Shown: positions 1 to 10,406 of the stretch, one piece after another
Numbering within the stretch: position 1 is the first letter of the stretch
Layout: every line of letters begins with the position of its first letter
IMG/VR virus record: IMGVR_UViG_3300042340_000379
Span: 143,856-207,855 of that record
Strand: one strand, 5' to 3'
Length of the DNA stretch: 64,000 nucleotides
Translations under genes and position numbers: made by a program
Notes under the pieces: model-generated
What the model saw: only the letters and a program-made list of their open reading frames with translations
The model's database searches: none
What the model was told of the DNA's origin: nothing

Positions 1-107
1 GGTGAAGCGTTTATAAGTTGCGCGTCTGTTGCGCTCTCGATGGCAGTCTCGAGAGCAGCAAAAGTCGGGTTGTTATACGAAAAGCGATCGCCAAACGTAA
101 ACGTCAT
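1..107 (-). CDS. 5' part of a virion morphogenesis-region gene (runs off the window)
   Basis: ATG at 107 overlaps the TGA of the upstream gene; reads MTFTFGDRFSYNNPTFAALETAIESATD... Confidence 0.6.
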   Translation of the reverse strand, partial: MTFTFGDRFSYNNPTFAALETAIESATDAQLINAS

Positions 108-565
108 CAGATTGCGCCATTCGCCTCAAGAATGCGATCGCACTCAGCAACAACAGACGCATAATTAGGAAAGCGAGTTTTCACTGCTTTGATTCTAGCT
201 AGATCAACCGGATTTGCTTCCTCAAGATCAAGGACATAAGCCTTAACCTTTGAGTGATGCGCATCTGATTCTAAAGGAAGAACTACTTCGTCTTCGCTAG
301 TTTCAGCTAGCTTAGCCGAGTCAACCTGAAGACCAACAACCAGTTTAGTGTCTTCAGTTGGTTCGGCCTTAACTTTTACAGGCTTTTGGTCAGTAACCAA
401 GTGAACATGAAAAGCGCCAGGGTAGTAAGAGATCAGCTTTTGGGCCACTTCATCTTCTACAGTCAGCACATCACCAGAGTAGACAGCTGAAAGCTCACCG
501 GGTTTCCATTGCCCCTCAGTGAGGGGGACATTTACGTTGCTAATAACAATCAGGGTGTGAGCCAT
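107..565 (-). CDS. hypothetical head-operon protein
   Basis: 152-aa ORF translationally coupled downstream of the capsid genes. Confidence 0.6.
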   Translation of the reverse strand: MAHTLIVISNVNVPLTEGQWKPGELSAVYSGDVLTVEDEVAQKLISYYPGAFHVHLVTDQKPVKVKAEPTEDTKLVVGLQVDSAKLAETSEDEVVLPLESDAHHSKVKAYVLDLEEANPVDLARIKAVKTRFPNYASVVAECDRILEANGAI

Positions 566-1248
566 TAGATAACGATTTCAACCTCTTTAGCGTCTACAGT
601 TGCGGTGACAACATCACCAGTTGCAGCAGTAGTAGAAGTAACAACTGCAATTAGTAAAGAGCTGTCGTAACGAACGTAATGAGCAGCAGGGGCAGATAAG
701 AAAGGCGAAGAAACGTCTTTGCTATGCACCATTTTCTCAGGAGCAACACCCACGGTAGCCCCAACAATCTCGTTGTGGGGAAGATTCCCGTAATCAAGAG
801 TCGGGGGATCAAAGATGATATCGTGTTTAGCCCAGGCGCTGCCAGAATACTTGTAGAAATTAACGAGTTTGAAGTACTCGCCCATGTCTACAGCATGAAG
901 ACGCACGGGGCCAGTGCCTCCAGTAGGAGGAGCTGCGGCGTTAGAAGCAGGGGCAGAAGTTACAACTGGGTTGGCGCGAGTGGGAAGAACATAAATGGGA
1001 GTCACAACAGTTGCAGAACTGGGAACCGCTGCAACGGTAACAGAACTCGCGCCGATAGAATACTTCTTACCATCGAGCCGAACAACGCCAGCAGCATAAG
1101 GGATGGTTAGAACATCAGTGGTAGCGTTATAGGCTACAGTCCCAATGGTAAGGCCAGAAACGACCCCACCGTAAGGATAAACTCGCATCCCGCCGCGCAT
1201 TGCCTGCGGGAAGCGATCAAAGTCAAATTGTTGGCCGACAGATGGCAT
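565..1248 (-). CDS. putative capsid decoration / head structural protein
   Basis: 227 aa, rich in Ala/Thr/Val beta-type sequence, immediately after the MCP, with GGAG RBS. Confidence 0.55.
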   Translation of the reverse strand: MPSVGQQFDFDRFPQAMRGGMRVYPYGGVVSGLTIGTVAYNATTDVLTIPYAAGVVRLDGKKYSIGASSVTVAAVPSSATVVTPIYVLPTRANPVVTSAPASNAAAPPTGGTGPVRLHAVDMGEYFKLVNFYKYSGSAWAKHDIIFDPPTLDYGNLPHNEIVGATVGVAPEKMVHSKDVSSPFLSAPAAHYVRYDSSLLIAVVTSTTAATGDVVTATVDAKEVEIVI

Positions 1249-1294
1249 GGATTACTCCTAAAAAGCAGATTGGCGAGATGGTGAACAAAAAGAT

Positions 1295-2623
1295 CTAGAA
1301 AGTACCGAAGCTTTCCATCGAACCCAGAATGAGGGTATCGTTGATCTCAGTAGCTTCACACACAGTGAGGATAGCAATCCACTCTGGGTATTTAGCAAAG
1401 GGAAGGAAAGAGTCACCCATCTGCATAGTCCGTCCGGGAGGAGAAGGAGGCTGCTGGTCAGGGCCAGTTCGCATCCACAGACCAGGAGAAGCATCAGGAG
1501 ATTCACCCACACAGTGGTGAGTAAGACCGAGAGTTTCCTGGGCATCTTGGTAATGGCGGGGTGCCATCAGAGCAACCTTATTCGGGGGCCAGTAGTTGGT
1601 GACAGTGTTGGTCTGAGGATGGCGGAAGAGACCGTCAAGAATACGGATTTTTACACCAGCAATAGCTTCAATGTCCCCACCTGGGCCGTAGCTAATAAAC
1701 TGAGGACTGGTGACAGCACCCACTCCAGTCGCAGTAATGCTGCGACCACCAGGCTGACCATCTGCGCGAGCATAATCACCAAAGAGACCCAGTTGACCTG
1801 AGTAAGCTTTCACAAACTCGTTTTCTTGAATCACAGTATAGAGTTCGCTAGAGATAACCATCTCAGTGAACTTATTCTTGTTGGTCTTCCAAAGGAAGTG
1901 CTTAATAAGGCGCAGAGTGCGAACAAGATCAGCTTGCGGGTGAGTCCAAGGGACGCCAGCGCGACCATTGGCATCAGTAAAGAGAAGAGCCTCAGTCCGA
2001 CCTTTATCGTTAGTCAACGCGGTAGCTGCGGTATAAGCAGTACCAGTAATAGTTGCGTTAGCTGCTACAGTAGCGTTAAAGCCTTTGTAGTGGAAAAGGT
2101 TGTGAACAGGAATGTGGGTCGAAACGTTGATCGACTGGTTGGTGCGGGGGTCAGTATAATTAATCCCACCCAGCAGAACTTGAGCCCGGAAAAAGTCCAT
2201 CGTCCGCTTGTGACGATTGATCATTTTCCGCACACGATCAGCGATGATTTGTTGAGGGTTGTACTGATCGTTGTAGGTACCAGCTTTGCGCAGCTGGTTG
2301 ATCAGGCCTTGGTCAAGAAAGTCATCTTCACGAACAACAGCGGGAGAAACTTCGCGCCGACGAATGCGCTCATTCTCAGCGAAGTTACCAGCAGGAACGC
2401 CAAAGCGAACAATGGGCATAATGCCTAAACCTTCAACAACCTGTTCGATTGTGATGGTACGCTCAGGAATATTCTGAGAAGGGAAAACATCGTCTAAAGA
2501 GCCGATTTCAATCTGCTCGTAAGAACGGGCCAGCATAGTCAGGTTCAAGGAACCTAGCGCTGTAACGTCACCGATGTATTCGTAATTTGTTGAGGAGGGG
2601 GTTAACTCGGGATGCGTAGACAT
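1295..2623 (-). CDS. major capsid protein (HK97 fold, phage capsid E-like)
   Basis: 442 aa after the protease/scaffold; lambda-gpE-like pattern (LDDVFPSQ...GIMPIVRFG...QVLLGGINY...PWTHPQADLVRTL...FLPFAKYPEWI). Confidence 0.85.
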   Translation of the reverse strand: MSTHPELTPSSTNYEYIGDVTALGSLNLTMLARSYEQIEIGSLDDVFPSQNIPERTITIEQVVEGLGIMPIVRFGVPAGNFAENERIRRREVSPAVVREDDFLDQGLINQLRKAGTYNDQYNPQQIIADRVRKMINRHKRTMDFFRAQVLLGGINYTDPRTNQSINVSTHIPVHNLFHYKGFNATVAANATITGTAYTAATALTNDKGRTEALLFTDANGRAGVPWTHPQADLVRTLRLIKHFLWKTNKNKFTEMVISSELYTVIQENEFVKAYSGQLGLFGDYARADGQPGGRSITATGVGAVTSPQFISYGPGGDIEAIAGVKIRILDGLFRHPQTNTVTNYWPPNKVALMAPRHYQDAQETLGLTHHCVGESPDASPGLWMRTGPDQQPPSPPGRTMQMGDSFLPFAKYPEWIAILTVCEATEINDTLILGSMESFGTF

Positions 2624-2639
2624 TTATCAGTCAGGTTCC

Positions 2640-3905
2640 TTAATAGAGTTGAGCGGAACGCTGACGCTGTTCGCTCAATTGGTTATGCTTTTGGATAATG
2701 TGAGCGTAAGGATTTTCATCCGAAACATTAGAGCCTTCAGCGTTCTGGTCAGAAGTATCATCTGATTGAGAACCTTGCTGCTTAGTCAAAAGCTGGGCAT
2801 TTTGAGCGCTCATTTCAGATAAAGCGGTAAACACAGCCTCTTCTTGTTCAGAAGGAAGACCAGCTGTAATAACAGCCTTAAAAGAATCTTTAACAGGCTG
2901 GCTTAAATTAAGCTTTTCAATTTTGTCGAGCTTAGAAGCAAGTTCTTGGCGAGCAAGTTTTTGATTTGCTTCATCGGCTGAAGCTTTTGCTTTCTCAGTC
3001 TCAAGCCGCTGGGTCTCAACCTGCTGGGCAAGAGTAATTAGCTGAGAAGCCAGTTGAGAAGGATCAGCAAAACTTTCGGAAGCAGGGGCCGCAGGTTGAT
3101 TTACAACAGCGGGTGCTTCGATAGTTTCAGGCTGAGCCGAGGTGGCTTGAGTTGTAATCATAGAACCTGGTGATTTATCAGTCTGGGTTAAGCTAAACAC
3201 AAATGTATTTGCCAAGTCTGCGCAACTTGAGTAAACTTCTGTCAGAGCAACGTTTCGAGGCATCCGGGTTAAGAAAGGGCGGTTGGTTAACGCGCAGCCA
3301 ACCAACAGAGTCCCAAGGGATTCTCCGTTTTCTTTAGAAACAGCATTCCGAATAATTTCAGCCGAGGAATACCTAAAGTAGTCTTCAGCAACTTGGTAAT
3401 AAGCATCAGGCTTAGCATCAAATTCTCCAAAGAGAGTATCGCCAAGTTGATACAAACGATCCAAGAAAGCAACAGCAGGAGCACCTTCCATAGTGTCCCG
3501 ATTAATCGGGTGGCCATAGAATAAAGGAGGCTCATACCCAGTTACATTCGCGTTGAAGTTGCGCATCATATCCGCAAAGTCTTCAGTAGTAAATGAGATC
3601 GGCCCATACTCTGGGTGTTCCCAAGTGCCAAGAACAGCGATAGGAACTCGGAGTCTAAAACCCTGGCTTAAAAGAGGGCCGTATTGAAGACCAAACTCAT
3701 CAGAGAGTTGGATAGTTACGGTTGCATCCCTGTTCTCGGACAGAGTTTCTGAAGTGGGTTCGTCTTCCGATAGTTCTTCAAGTACCTCTGAGCTTTTAAC
3801 ATTAGGCGCATCTGCCTGATTGGAGTTGTCTTCGGTAGGCTCAGAGAAGAGTTCATCAAGGTCATCGTCTAGAAGGGCAGCAATTTGGGTGGGAGTTAAA
3901 GACAT
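2640..3905 (-). CDS. Mu-like prohead protease with C-terminal scaffold
   Basis: GTWEHPEYG, YGHP, APAVAFL, FRYSSAEI and LVGCALTNRPFL motifs of Mu gpI-type proteases; coiled-coil C-terminus. Confidence 0.85.
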   Translation of the reverse strand: MSLTPTQIAALLDDDLDELFSEPTEDNSNQADAPNVKSSEVLEELSEDEPTSETLSENRDATVTIQLSDEFGLQYGPLLSQGFRLRVPIAVLGTWEHPEYGPISFTTEDFADMMRNFNANVTGYEPPLFYGHPINRDTMEGAPAVAFLDRLYQLGDTLFGEFDAKPDAYYQVAEDYFRYSSAEIIRNAVSKENGESLGTLLVGCALTNRPFLTRMPRNVALTEVYSSCADLANTFVFSLTQTDKSPGSMITTQATSAQPETIEAPAVVNQPAAPASESFADPSQLASQLITLAQQVETQRLETEKAKASADEANQKLARQELASKLDKIEKLNLSQPVKDSFKAVITAGLPSEQEEAVFTALSEMSAQNAQLLTKQQGSQSDDTSDQNAEGSNVSDENPYAHIIQKHNQLSEQRQRSAQLY

Positions 3906-3920
3906 TTTGTATAATACAAA

Positions 3921-4748
3921 TTAAACAGCAGATTTTTTCTTGCGGTACTGAGTCATTTTTTCTTTGGCGGCATAAGCAAAGGCCTCGCTAAGCTCTGAGT
4001 CAGTAGAAAATGCGCCTTCAAGTGAGCCTGTCTTTTCTTTAAAAGCTTTCTTGTATAAAACGACGGCATAGACTTCTTGATCCTCGGGTGAAAGGTCAGG
4101 TCTAGAGTTAGCTTTTTCAGTTGCCTCAGCAAAAAGCTTTGCGTCAGAGGCCATTACGACTGGCTCTTGAGCCTTAGATTCTACCTGTTGAACTTTTGCC
4201 TCAACGGGCTTAGCTTGCTGAGGCTGACTAAAAACTTGGTGTGAAGCGCAAATATAGTTCGAGAGAACTAAAACCCCATAACTTTGGCAAGTAAGTTGGT
4301 TTAAGCTAGAGTCTAGAGTGGAAGCTTTACAAGTAGCGCAGGAGGGCGCTTGAGAAAATTCAGGAATAACGGCAGATGCATCAGCGTGGATCTTTCGGGA
4401 CATCGCTGCTGGATCTGAGAGTCTTGACAATGCTTGAGCCAAAATCTGAGACATAGATTCGCTATGATTAGATTCTGGCTGTGTAAATACAGAAGGATGG
4501 GGCTCGGTTAAAGTAGTGTAATCAGTACTGCGTGCAACAATCTCATGAGGTTGTGCAGCAAGAGTTACAGGGCCAGGCGGCTCAGCAACCACAGGCTGAG
4601 CAGGCTGTGTCGCGGCAGACGGCTCTACAGGTTCAGAACTTGATTCAGATAAAACTTGCTCAGATGGCAGTGGGTCAACACCATTTTCTCTGCGATGTTG
4701 ATTTACTGATTGAGCGAACAAGTTGTTAATAAGTTGAGTTTCCTGCAC
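3921..4748 (-). CDS. hypothetical protein with small Cys/His cluster
   Basis: 275 aa low-complexity ORF with CATC...C...C..H; lies in the head operon. Confidence 0.55.
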   Translation of the reverse strand: MQETQLINNLFAQSVNQHRRENGVDPLPSEQVLSESSSEPVEPSAATQPAQPVVAEPPGPVTLAAQPHEIVARSTDYTTLTEPHPSVFTQPESNHSESMSQILAQALSRLSDPAAMSRKIHADASAVIPEFSQAPSCATCKASTLDSSLNQLTCQSYGVLVLSNYICASHQVFSQPQQAKPVEAKVQQVESKAQEPVVMASDAKLFAEATEKANSRPDLSPEDQEVYAVVLYKKAFKEKTGSLEGAFSTDSELSEAFAYAAKEKMTQYRKKKSAV

Positions 4749-4828
4749 GTAAAGCGCCCATAACTATGAGCTCAGAGTAAACGCTCAGCATAAATTTACG
4801 GTGTTCAATCTAAAGGTATTAATATAAA

Positions 4829-5443
4829 ATGATGCCATCGTTTTCAAACCTACTGGCAAATAGGTGTCTCGTTTGGAACTTAAGTGGCCGGTTGGGTGGT
4901 CTTCCTAAAGAGAGAATTCCAATTCCAAGCTTGAGAGCTAGATTAGAAGTATCCGACAAGATTTTGAATCAAAAAGGAAACTCCTATGCTAGCCCTAACA
5001 TATGTCAAGCCATCCTCCAAATTGAGGCAGACTTTGAGAGCCTTATCACAAGTTCTCAAATCGAGAACGGCAAGCTAACCTGTTGGCTAGAAGATGAGTT
5101 CAGAAATTCTACTCAGCAGAGCTTCGACGTTTCTGACTGGATAGATGGAAGCCGGTTTGGTAAATCAGGAGAGGCTATTAGCTATCAAAAGTTAATAGCC
5201 GCGCAGATGATTCGACATGGGTACTCAATCCATGAAGAAATTGGGATTGGGTTTACTGTGCTCGACTTTGCGGGCCAGTCAGCGTCTACCAATTTGAGCC
5301 GCTGCAACTGCTCTAGCAAGCAATCGCCCTGTGAGCATATGCTGCTTGCTAAAGAGTACGCCGCGCCTGGAAATCGAAAACTGTTAAAGGAGATTATTGG
5401 TTTTGAATACGTCCCAGCTAATAGTGGTCGCTCCATTAACTAA
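4829..5443 (+). CDS. SWIM zinc-finger domain protein
   Basis: C-terminal CNC-x6-CEH motif. Confidence 0.6.
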   Translation: MMPSFSNLLANRCLVWNLSGRLGGLPKERIPIPSLRARLEVSDKILNQKGNSYASPNICQAILQIEADFESLITSSQIENGKLTCWLEDEFRNSTQQSFDVSDWIDGSRFGKSGEAISYQKLIAAQMIRHGYSIHEEIGIGFTVLDFAGQSASTNLSRCNCSSKQSPCEHMLLAKEYAAPGNRKLLKEIIGFEYVPANSGRSIN

Positions 5444-5551
5444 AGAGACTCTCTCCCTTCGGCAGCTGCGAAGAAGGGAAGCTCCTATAGTCGATCGCAT
5501 CTATATCTCTGTAGGTGCGATCGCAACACACAAACATTTGGAGGCGGCAAA

Positions 5552-5875
5552 ATGATTGAAGTAGGACAAGAATTATTCGTAACAGGTGGGAGGTACAATA
5601 GTGTTGGCTGAAAACGAGTCGAAAAGATCGGGAAAGTATATTTTACTTTTGAGGGCGATCGCGGGCGTTTTTATATAAGCAACCTTCGAGAGGATATCAA
5701 AACCAACTATCCCAGGCAATGTTATCTGACTGATAAGGAACACTTTGAAAGACTTGAGCTTGAGAGACTAACATCGGCTATCAAGGATCGAGTCAGGTAT
5801 CCTATTAATTTAGGGCAGGCGCAGGCGATCGTAGCTATTCTTGGTCTTACGTCATTGTCTAGTCATGATCAATAA
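5552..5875 (+). pseudogene. phage hypothetical gene interrupted by an in-frame TGA at 5609-5611
   Basis: GGAGG RBS and ATG 5552; the frame stays open after the TGA (KRVEKIGKVYFTFEG...) to TAA 5873-5875. Confidence 0.6.
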
Positions 5876-6144
5876 GCGTATCCACAGCTATGCACCGCCT
5901 TCTATCATCGGATGGATTGGCGACTACCATCGATCGCGCAATCGTCCCAAAGCCCATCTAGGGGGCAGGCGATGTTCACATACTTCATCTCGTATCTTTG
6001 GGCTAACAGTTGGTGTAACTGAAAGCATTCATGACACTTGATAGCATCACCTATGAAGAAAATCAAGAAATATTTATTGAAGGATTGATGGAATGTGTCT
6101 ATGTGCTAGCTGAAGTGCGAGGACTGTTGTAGGAATTTTCTATT

Positions 6145-6543
6145 ATGAACACTCAAGAATTGCAGGAAGCTTACTATGAGCTTCCCTATCACACTCGGCA
6201 TAAATACGTTCGTATACTCCGATTAATTGATAAGGGCGTCGATACACTAAACGAAATATGCGCTGAGTTAAACGAGAAACCTCAATCCTTAGACCAGAAG
6301 TTAAAACGCCTCAAGGAACTAGGAATAATTGAAAGAGACCGAAAAACACCAAGAGGTATGCTGGAATATCAATATCGATGGGCCGATGGTATAGAGAAAG
6401 ATGATCTGTTTCAACTTATGAAAGAAACTATAACTTCAGATGGTAAACTACTAGAAAAACTATCTGACTTCAATCCTGCCTGGTCTAATAAGGCGGCTAT
6501 AAAATGGTTTGATTGCTTCATTGAGCTTGCGGATAAAATATAG
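6145..6543 (+). CDS. winged helix-turn-helix DNA-binding protein
   Basis: TLNEICAELNEKPQSLDQKLKRLKELGIIER, an ArsR/MarR-type wHTH. Confidence 0.75.
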   Translation: MNTQELQEAYYELPYHTRHKYVRILRLIDKGVDTLNEICAELNEKPQSLDQKLKRLKELGIIERDRKTPRGMLEYQYRWADGIEKDDLFQLMKETITSDGKLLEKLSDFNPAWSNKAAIKWFDCFIELADKI

Positions 6544-6549
6544 AAAACC

Positions 6550-7332
6550 ATGAGTTATCAACCTCGCCTTTCAGACAAAAAACTTTCCGACGCTTTAGAG
6601 AAAGCTAGCGAGCTTATCCCTGAATTCAAAGACATACAAGAGAGAGACTCTCGCTCCCTTCCTCTTCTACTCGCTACTGTGTTTGATTCTCTAGCCTACG
6701 GAGAATTAGACTTAGACTTTAATGTACTGAGGTGGGCAATTGAAGCTTATGCTGGCATTAGGCTAATTCGGTGTGTAGATCCTCTTTTGAAGATCCACGC
6801 CCAATTAGTGAAGAAGGGTTATAGCTATGAAAAACCTATTCAGTATGCTGCGGGCGATCGATATGTAGGTTATGTTAAAGACCCGTTAGAAGACTGGTCT
6901 GTTCTATCTTTTAGCAGCCAACACCCTGGATTTATCGTTCTTGTTCGTCAGGGCAGAAAAGAAATTAGAGATGAATGTGCAAAGTGGGAGAAAGCTGGAG
7001 AAGACATTCGACTTCACAAAGCTGATCTTCTTACCCGCGAGATTCATATTCGCCTGGCTGACAAAGAAGACGGTTCTCTATACAAAGTTTTGTCTCATGG
7101 TAAGAACTGCTTTCTAGTTGATGGGCCTAATTCAAGCCCTTTCTTTCGGTATGGAAGTTTTAACGACATTGGATTTATAGCTAGTGCAAAAGAGGACAGC
7201 TTCAACTTGTTTCAGGCTGAGGGCGCGATGGTGCATTGGAAGAATATGAATTGCGCTATGTATGATATGGCTTTCCTGATTGAAATCTTTGAGGAAGTTC
7301 TTGCTAAAGAAGAAGAAGAGGTGGACTCTTGA
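6550..7332 (+). CDS. hypothetical protein
   Basis: 260-aa ORF in a coupled operon. Confidence 0.6.
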   Translation: MSYQPRLSDKKLSDALEKASELIPEFKDIQERDSRSLPLLLATVFDSLAYGELDLDFNVLRWAIEAYAGIRLIRCVDPLLKIHAQLVKKGYSYEKPIQYAAGDRYVGYVKDPLEDWSVLSFSSQHPGFIVLVRQGRKEIRDECAKWEKAGEDIRLHKADLLTREIHIRLADKEDGSLYKVLSHGKNCFLVDGPNSSPFFRYGSFNDIGFIASAKEDSFNLFQAEGAMVHWKNMNCAMYDMAFLIEIFEEVLAKEEEEVDS

Positions 7333-7913
7333 AAACCGAATACTACTCTATCCGTAGTCAAACAGGCGAACTACTCTACATCCACTCTAGCAGCAATGGC
7401 AATGCTGATTGTTGTGGCGATCGCACCTACAATCTAGACTATGTGGGTGACACGGTATATAAAGCTGAGGACTACACTACCGCCCTCTATGCCAGCCACC
7501 ATTCAACTGAGTGGTATAACAGCACAGAAGACAGACCTAAGTGGTATACACCCAAGATTGGTCAAGATGTTCTAACTGTAGTCAAGGTTGTAGAGACCAT
7601 CGAGATTGAAGACCTGGAACCTCAATATGATCTAGCTCCTTCTTATTCTGATGACTTAGCTTTTGTACTGAACTATAGTGCTGTTTTTGATATCGAGCAC
7701 ACTAAGGATCGTAATAAGACCGTATTCTTCATGAAAGGCAGAAAAGCCAAGTCAATAGATTTTCACCCTGGGAGATGTGTTTTTCGGAACCTTCATCTTG
7801 AGGGCATCACCAGTCACCCTGAATTTCCCTTAAATAAAAGAGCTGACAAGTTCTTCCAGGAAAATCCCAATGCTTTTATTTTTGTAACTGAACCTATAGG
7901 AAAGCTAACATGA
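7329..7913 (+). CDS. hypothetical protein
   Basis: 194-aa ORF overlapping its neighbours by 4 nt. Confidence 0.6.
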   Translation: MKTEYYSIRSQTGELLYIHSSSNGNADCCGDRTYNLDYVGDTVYKAEDYTTALYASHHSTEWYNSTEDRPKWYTPKIGQDVLTVVKVVETIEIEDLEPQYDLAPSYSDDLAFVLNYSAVFDIEHTKDRNKTVFFMKGRKAKSIDFHPGRCVFRNLHLEGITSHPEFPLNKRADKFFQENPNAFIFVTEPIGKLT

Positions 7914-8238
7914 TCAATGACGCAATTCAACCATTTTTAGATGCTGGGTTTAAGAAATTTCCTAAAAATGACTTTCAAGAATACGCTGAATTTGGATTAC
8001 AAAAACGAATTGAAGATGAAAAAGGAACCAAATATTTTGTAACTTTATACGTGTACGATTTCTCAAAAATTCCGAATTACCCAAATCCTAAAAAATTGAC
8101 TTCCATTTAGATTTTCGAATTGAGTCTGAATTGCTTGACAAAGGCGTTGAAATTGACGTGGCTATCATATCTCCTAAAGACGCGCTACAGACAGCAGAGA
8201 CACTTTGGATGGCCTTGAAAGGTAAATACTATGAGTAA
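7910..8238 (+). pseudogene. phage hypothetical gene frameshifted in an A6 run (about 8090-8095)
   Basis: The 66-aa ORF continues in the -1 frame (IDFHLDFRIESELLDKG...LWMALKGKYYE*) up to the next gene start. Confidence 0.5.
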
Positions 8239-8632
8239 GTTTACTATTCTAGTAAAGCATCCACCAGGAATTCAAACGCAATTTAGTAATTGTGACATTG
8301 AATACACCATCTCATTCTCTACTATTCATAAGTTTGAGACAGATGAAGCTCAAATCCTTAAAGCTTTTCAAGATGCTGTAGAAAGCTGGGTGACTTCTAC
8401 AATTGAAGGTAAAGAGCGTTATCTAGTGGCAGGGCGGTATATTGATATCGAGCAACTTCTTCGCTCGTTAGATAAACCGTCACTTCATAAGTGCTTAGCA
8501 AAACATGGGATATTAGATTTCAAAATAGCTGAACCACCTATGACGTTTGATTGTTGGAACTCTCAGACTAACCTAACGCCCCATGATTTAGACGTTGAGG
8601 ATATAGGAGAATGGTCAGACGACTGGCCTTAG
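8231..8632 (+). CDS. hypothetical protein
   Basis: 133-aa ORF. Confidence 0.55.
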   Translation: MSKFTILVKHPPGIQTQFSNCDIEYTISFSTIHKFETDEAQILKAFQDAVESWVTSTIEGKERYLVAGRYIDIEQLLRSLDKPSLHKCLAKHGILDFKIAEPPMTFDCWNSQTNLTPHDLDVEDIGEWSDDWP

Positions 8633-8647
8633 TAAAAGCAAGGAGGC

Positions 8648-10069
8648 CTAAGCCAATTTCCCAGTAGGCTTCTGAGCAGTTTTAGGCCGTGCGGTCTGCA
8701 AAGGTTTCGATACCCCAGTAGGCCGACCGGCTCCCTTCACTTCTTTGTAAAGCACTTTCTTAATAAACTCGGTGTCGCCTTTATCGTGCGGGCGATCCAA
8801 AGCGCGAACCATCTGCCGAACCATTTGGTGATCAGACGCGTTGTTCGGGTTGAAATAACCTTTGTCGGTCATGCCGCTTACAACCTGCATCATAGCCACT
8901 CTATCTTCAGCTCGATCGCTATATATACGAGAGAATGAAGCGGGATGCCTGGCTGACTCGCGGTTAAAGTTGTATTGAATTAAACGCCCAAACGCCTGGC
9001 GGGCAATCGGCATCATGAACAGATTTCTGTAATGCTCAAGGTTGCCGTAGTAAAGTTCCATCCTGCGCTCAACCCCAGCTTCGTTATTGTTGAGTTCATT
9101 AGTAATTAGGAACGGGGGAATACCAAGAGGAAGCATTTCTTGTTCACTCACGTATCGAATCGAGTCAATAAAGATAGAACCGATGTTGTTGCCTGGGGTT
9201 AAAGAACCAACATCAGGCTTGTTTGTCCCATCTTGCTGTGGCAAAAACAGCATGTTGCCGCTTGAGTCCAGGTTCTGAATAGTCTCTTGAAATACTTCCT
9301 GAGTTGTAAGAGTTCTTTCTTCTCCAGTAGAAGGATCAATCGCTGTTCGACTAGTAGGGTAAACCGGCATTTTTACATACAGAAGCGGGTTGCCGTACCG
9401 GTCAAGTGCCGAGGCCATCATATCAACCAGGGCGTCTTTCAGCCGATGCCATTTATAGCAAGGCGCAACCGCTGAGTAACCATAGTAGTTACCAAACGCC
9501 GCGTTGTTCGCAATATATATGGTCTTCCAAAAAGACAAGCTTTGCTCAGGCTTAAATCGATTAGGAGTTTGATAGATACCAGATTTCCAGTAGCCACCAG
9601 CTGTCTCCTTACCTTCAGTCAACATCCCATTTTTATCAGGACGGATGACAATTGTGTTGGGCTGGTAGGTAACTAACCCATCTAGAGAAAGCGTACCAAA
9701 CTTTAGGTCATACAAATTCTCGCTAACAGAGAAGCCAGCCCAAAGCGTAGTAAATATAATCTGGTATAAAACTTCATGCCACTCTTGGTTAGTGCCATCT
9801 TGGAGAGTTTGAATATTAAAATTCAGAAACTCTTGGATTTCAGGGTCTGGATGGTGAACCGGGCCCACAGTTGAAAGAATAGATTTCACCATCATATTCA
9901 AAGCTGTAAACAGAATGGTGTCTTGATAGACCATCTGCTCATACGTTTTCAGCTTTTGCATAGACGGGCGCAGGGTAGCGATCGGCATCGAACCCTGCTG
10001 ACTAAAATGTCCTCGAGCCTGTCGTTTAGACTCGAACCGCTTATCTGTTACATAAAGAGATTGGGGCAC
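8648..10069 (-). CDS. portal protein (Mu gp29 / DUF935-like)
   Basis: 473 aa; LWAGFSVSENLY, FGNYYGYSAVAPCY, ALDRYGNPLLYVK and LIQYNF motifs. Confidence 0.85.
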   Translation of the reverse strand: MPQSLYVTDKRFESKRQARGHFSQQGSMPIATLRPSMQKLKTYEQMVYQDTILFTALNMMVKSILSTVGPVHHPDPEIQEFLNFNIQTLQDGTNQEWHEVLYQIIFTTLWAGFSVSENLYDLKFGTLSLDGLVTYQPNTIVIRPDKNGMLTEGKETAGGYWKSGIYQTPNRFKPEQSLSFWKTIYIANNAAFGNYYGYSAVAPCYKWHRLKDALVDMMASALDRYGNPLLYVKMPVYPTSRTAIDPSTGEERTLTTQEVFQETIQNLDSSGNMLFLPQQDGTNKPDVGSLTPGNNIGSIFIDSIRYVSEQEMLPLGIPPFLITNELNNNEAGVERRMELYYGNLEHYRNLFMMPIARQAFGRLIQYNFNRESARHPASFSRIYSDRAEDRVAMMQVVSGMTDKGYFNPNNASDHQMVRQMVRALDRPHDKGDTEFIKKVLYKEVKGAGRPTGVSKPLQTARPKTAQKPTGKLA

Positions 10070-10339
10070 TTAGAGAACGCCAGCTTTAAATAGCTCTTCT
10101 TGAAGTTTGTAGCCTTCGAGCAGCCACATTTGGTCTTCTACTTTTTTCCTGGCAACTCTACGGCCAATCTCAAGATTGAAATTGGATGGGTCAACACAAG
10201 AGCCGCTGCCCTCTAAAGTAAAACCATTCTTCAGCTTGTAGGACACAACCAAGCATTTGCCCCAGAAGACATGCTCTTCAGTTTCCGCTTCATCCAATAG
10301 CTTTGCAATTTGGTCTAGAGTGACCCGGTTCTGACTCAT
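10070..10339 (-). CDS. Gp49 family protein (N4 gp49 / Sf6 gp66), candidate nucleotide-signal sponge
   Basis: LKNGFTLEGSGSCVDPSNFNLEIGRRVA...MWLLEGYKL signature. Confidence 0.8.
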   Translation of the reverse strand: MSQNRVTLDQIAKLLDEAETEEHVFWGKCLVVSYKLKNGFTLEGSGSCVDPSNFNLEIGRRVARKKVEDQMWLLEGYKLQEELFKAGVL

Positions 10340-10406
10340 GTCTCTAATCCTAGAGTGTGCGCAATTCTGATTAAACTACCCAAGCACCCCGTTAAGGTGC
10401 TCAGGT

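Noticed and set aside
5609-5611. TGA readthrough as evidence of an alternative genetic code
   Set aside because: TGA, TAG and TAA all terminate coupled genes elsewhere, and long genes are intact under code 11.
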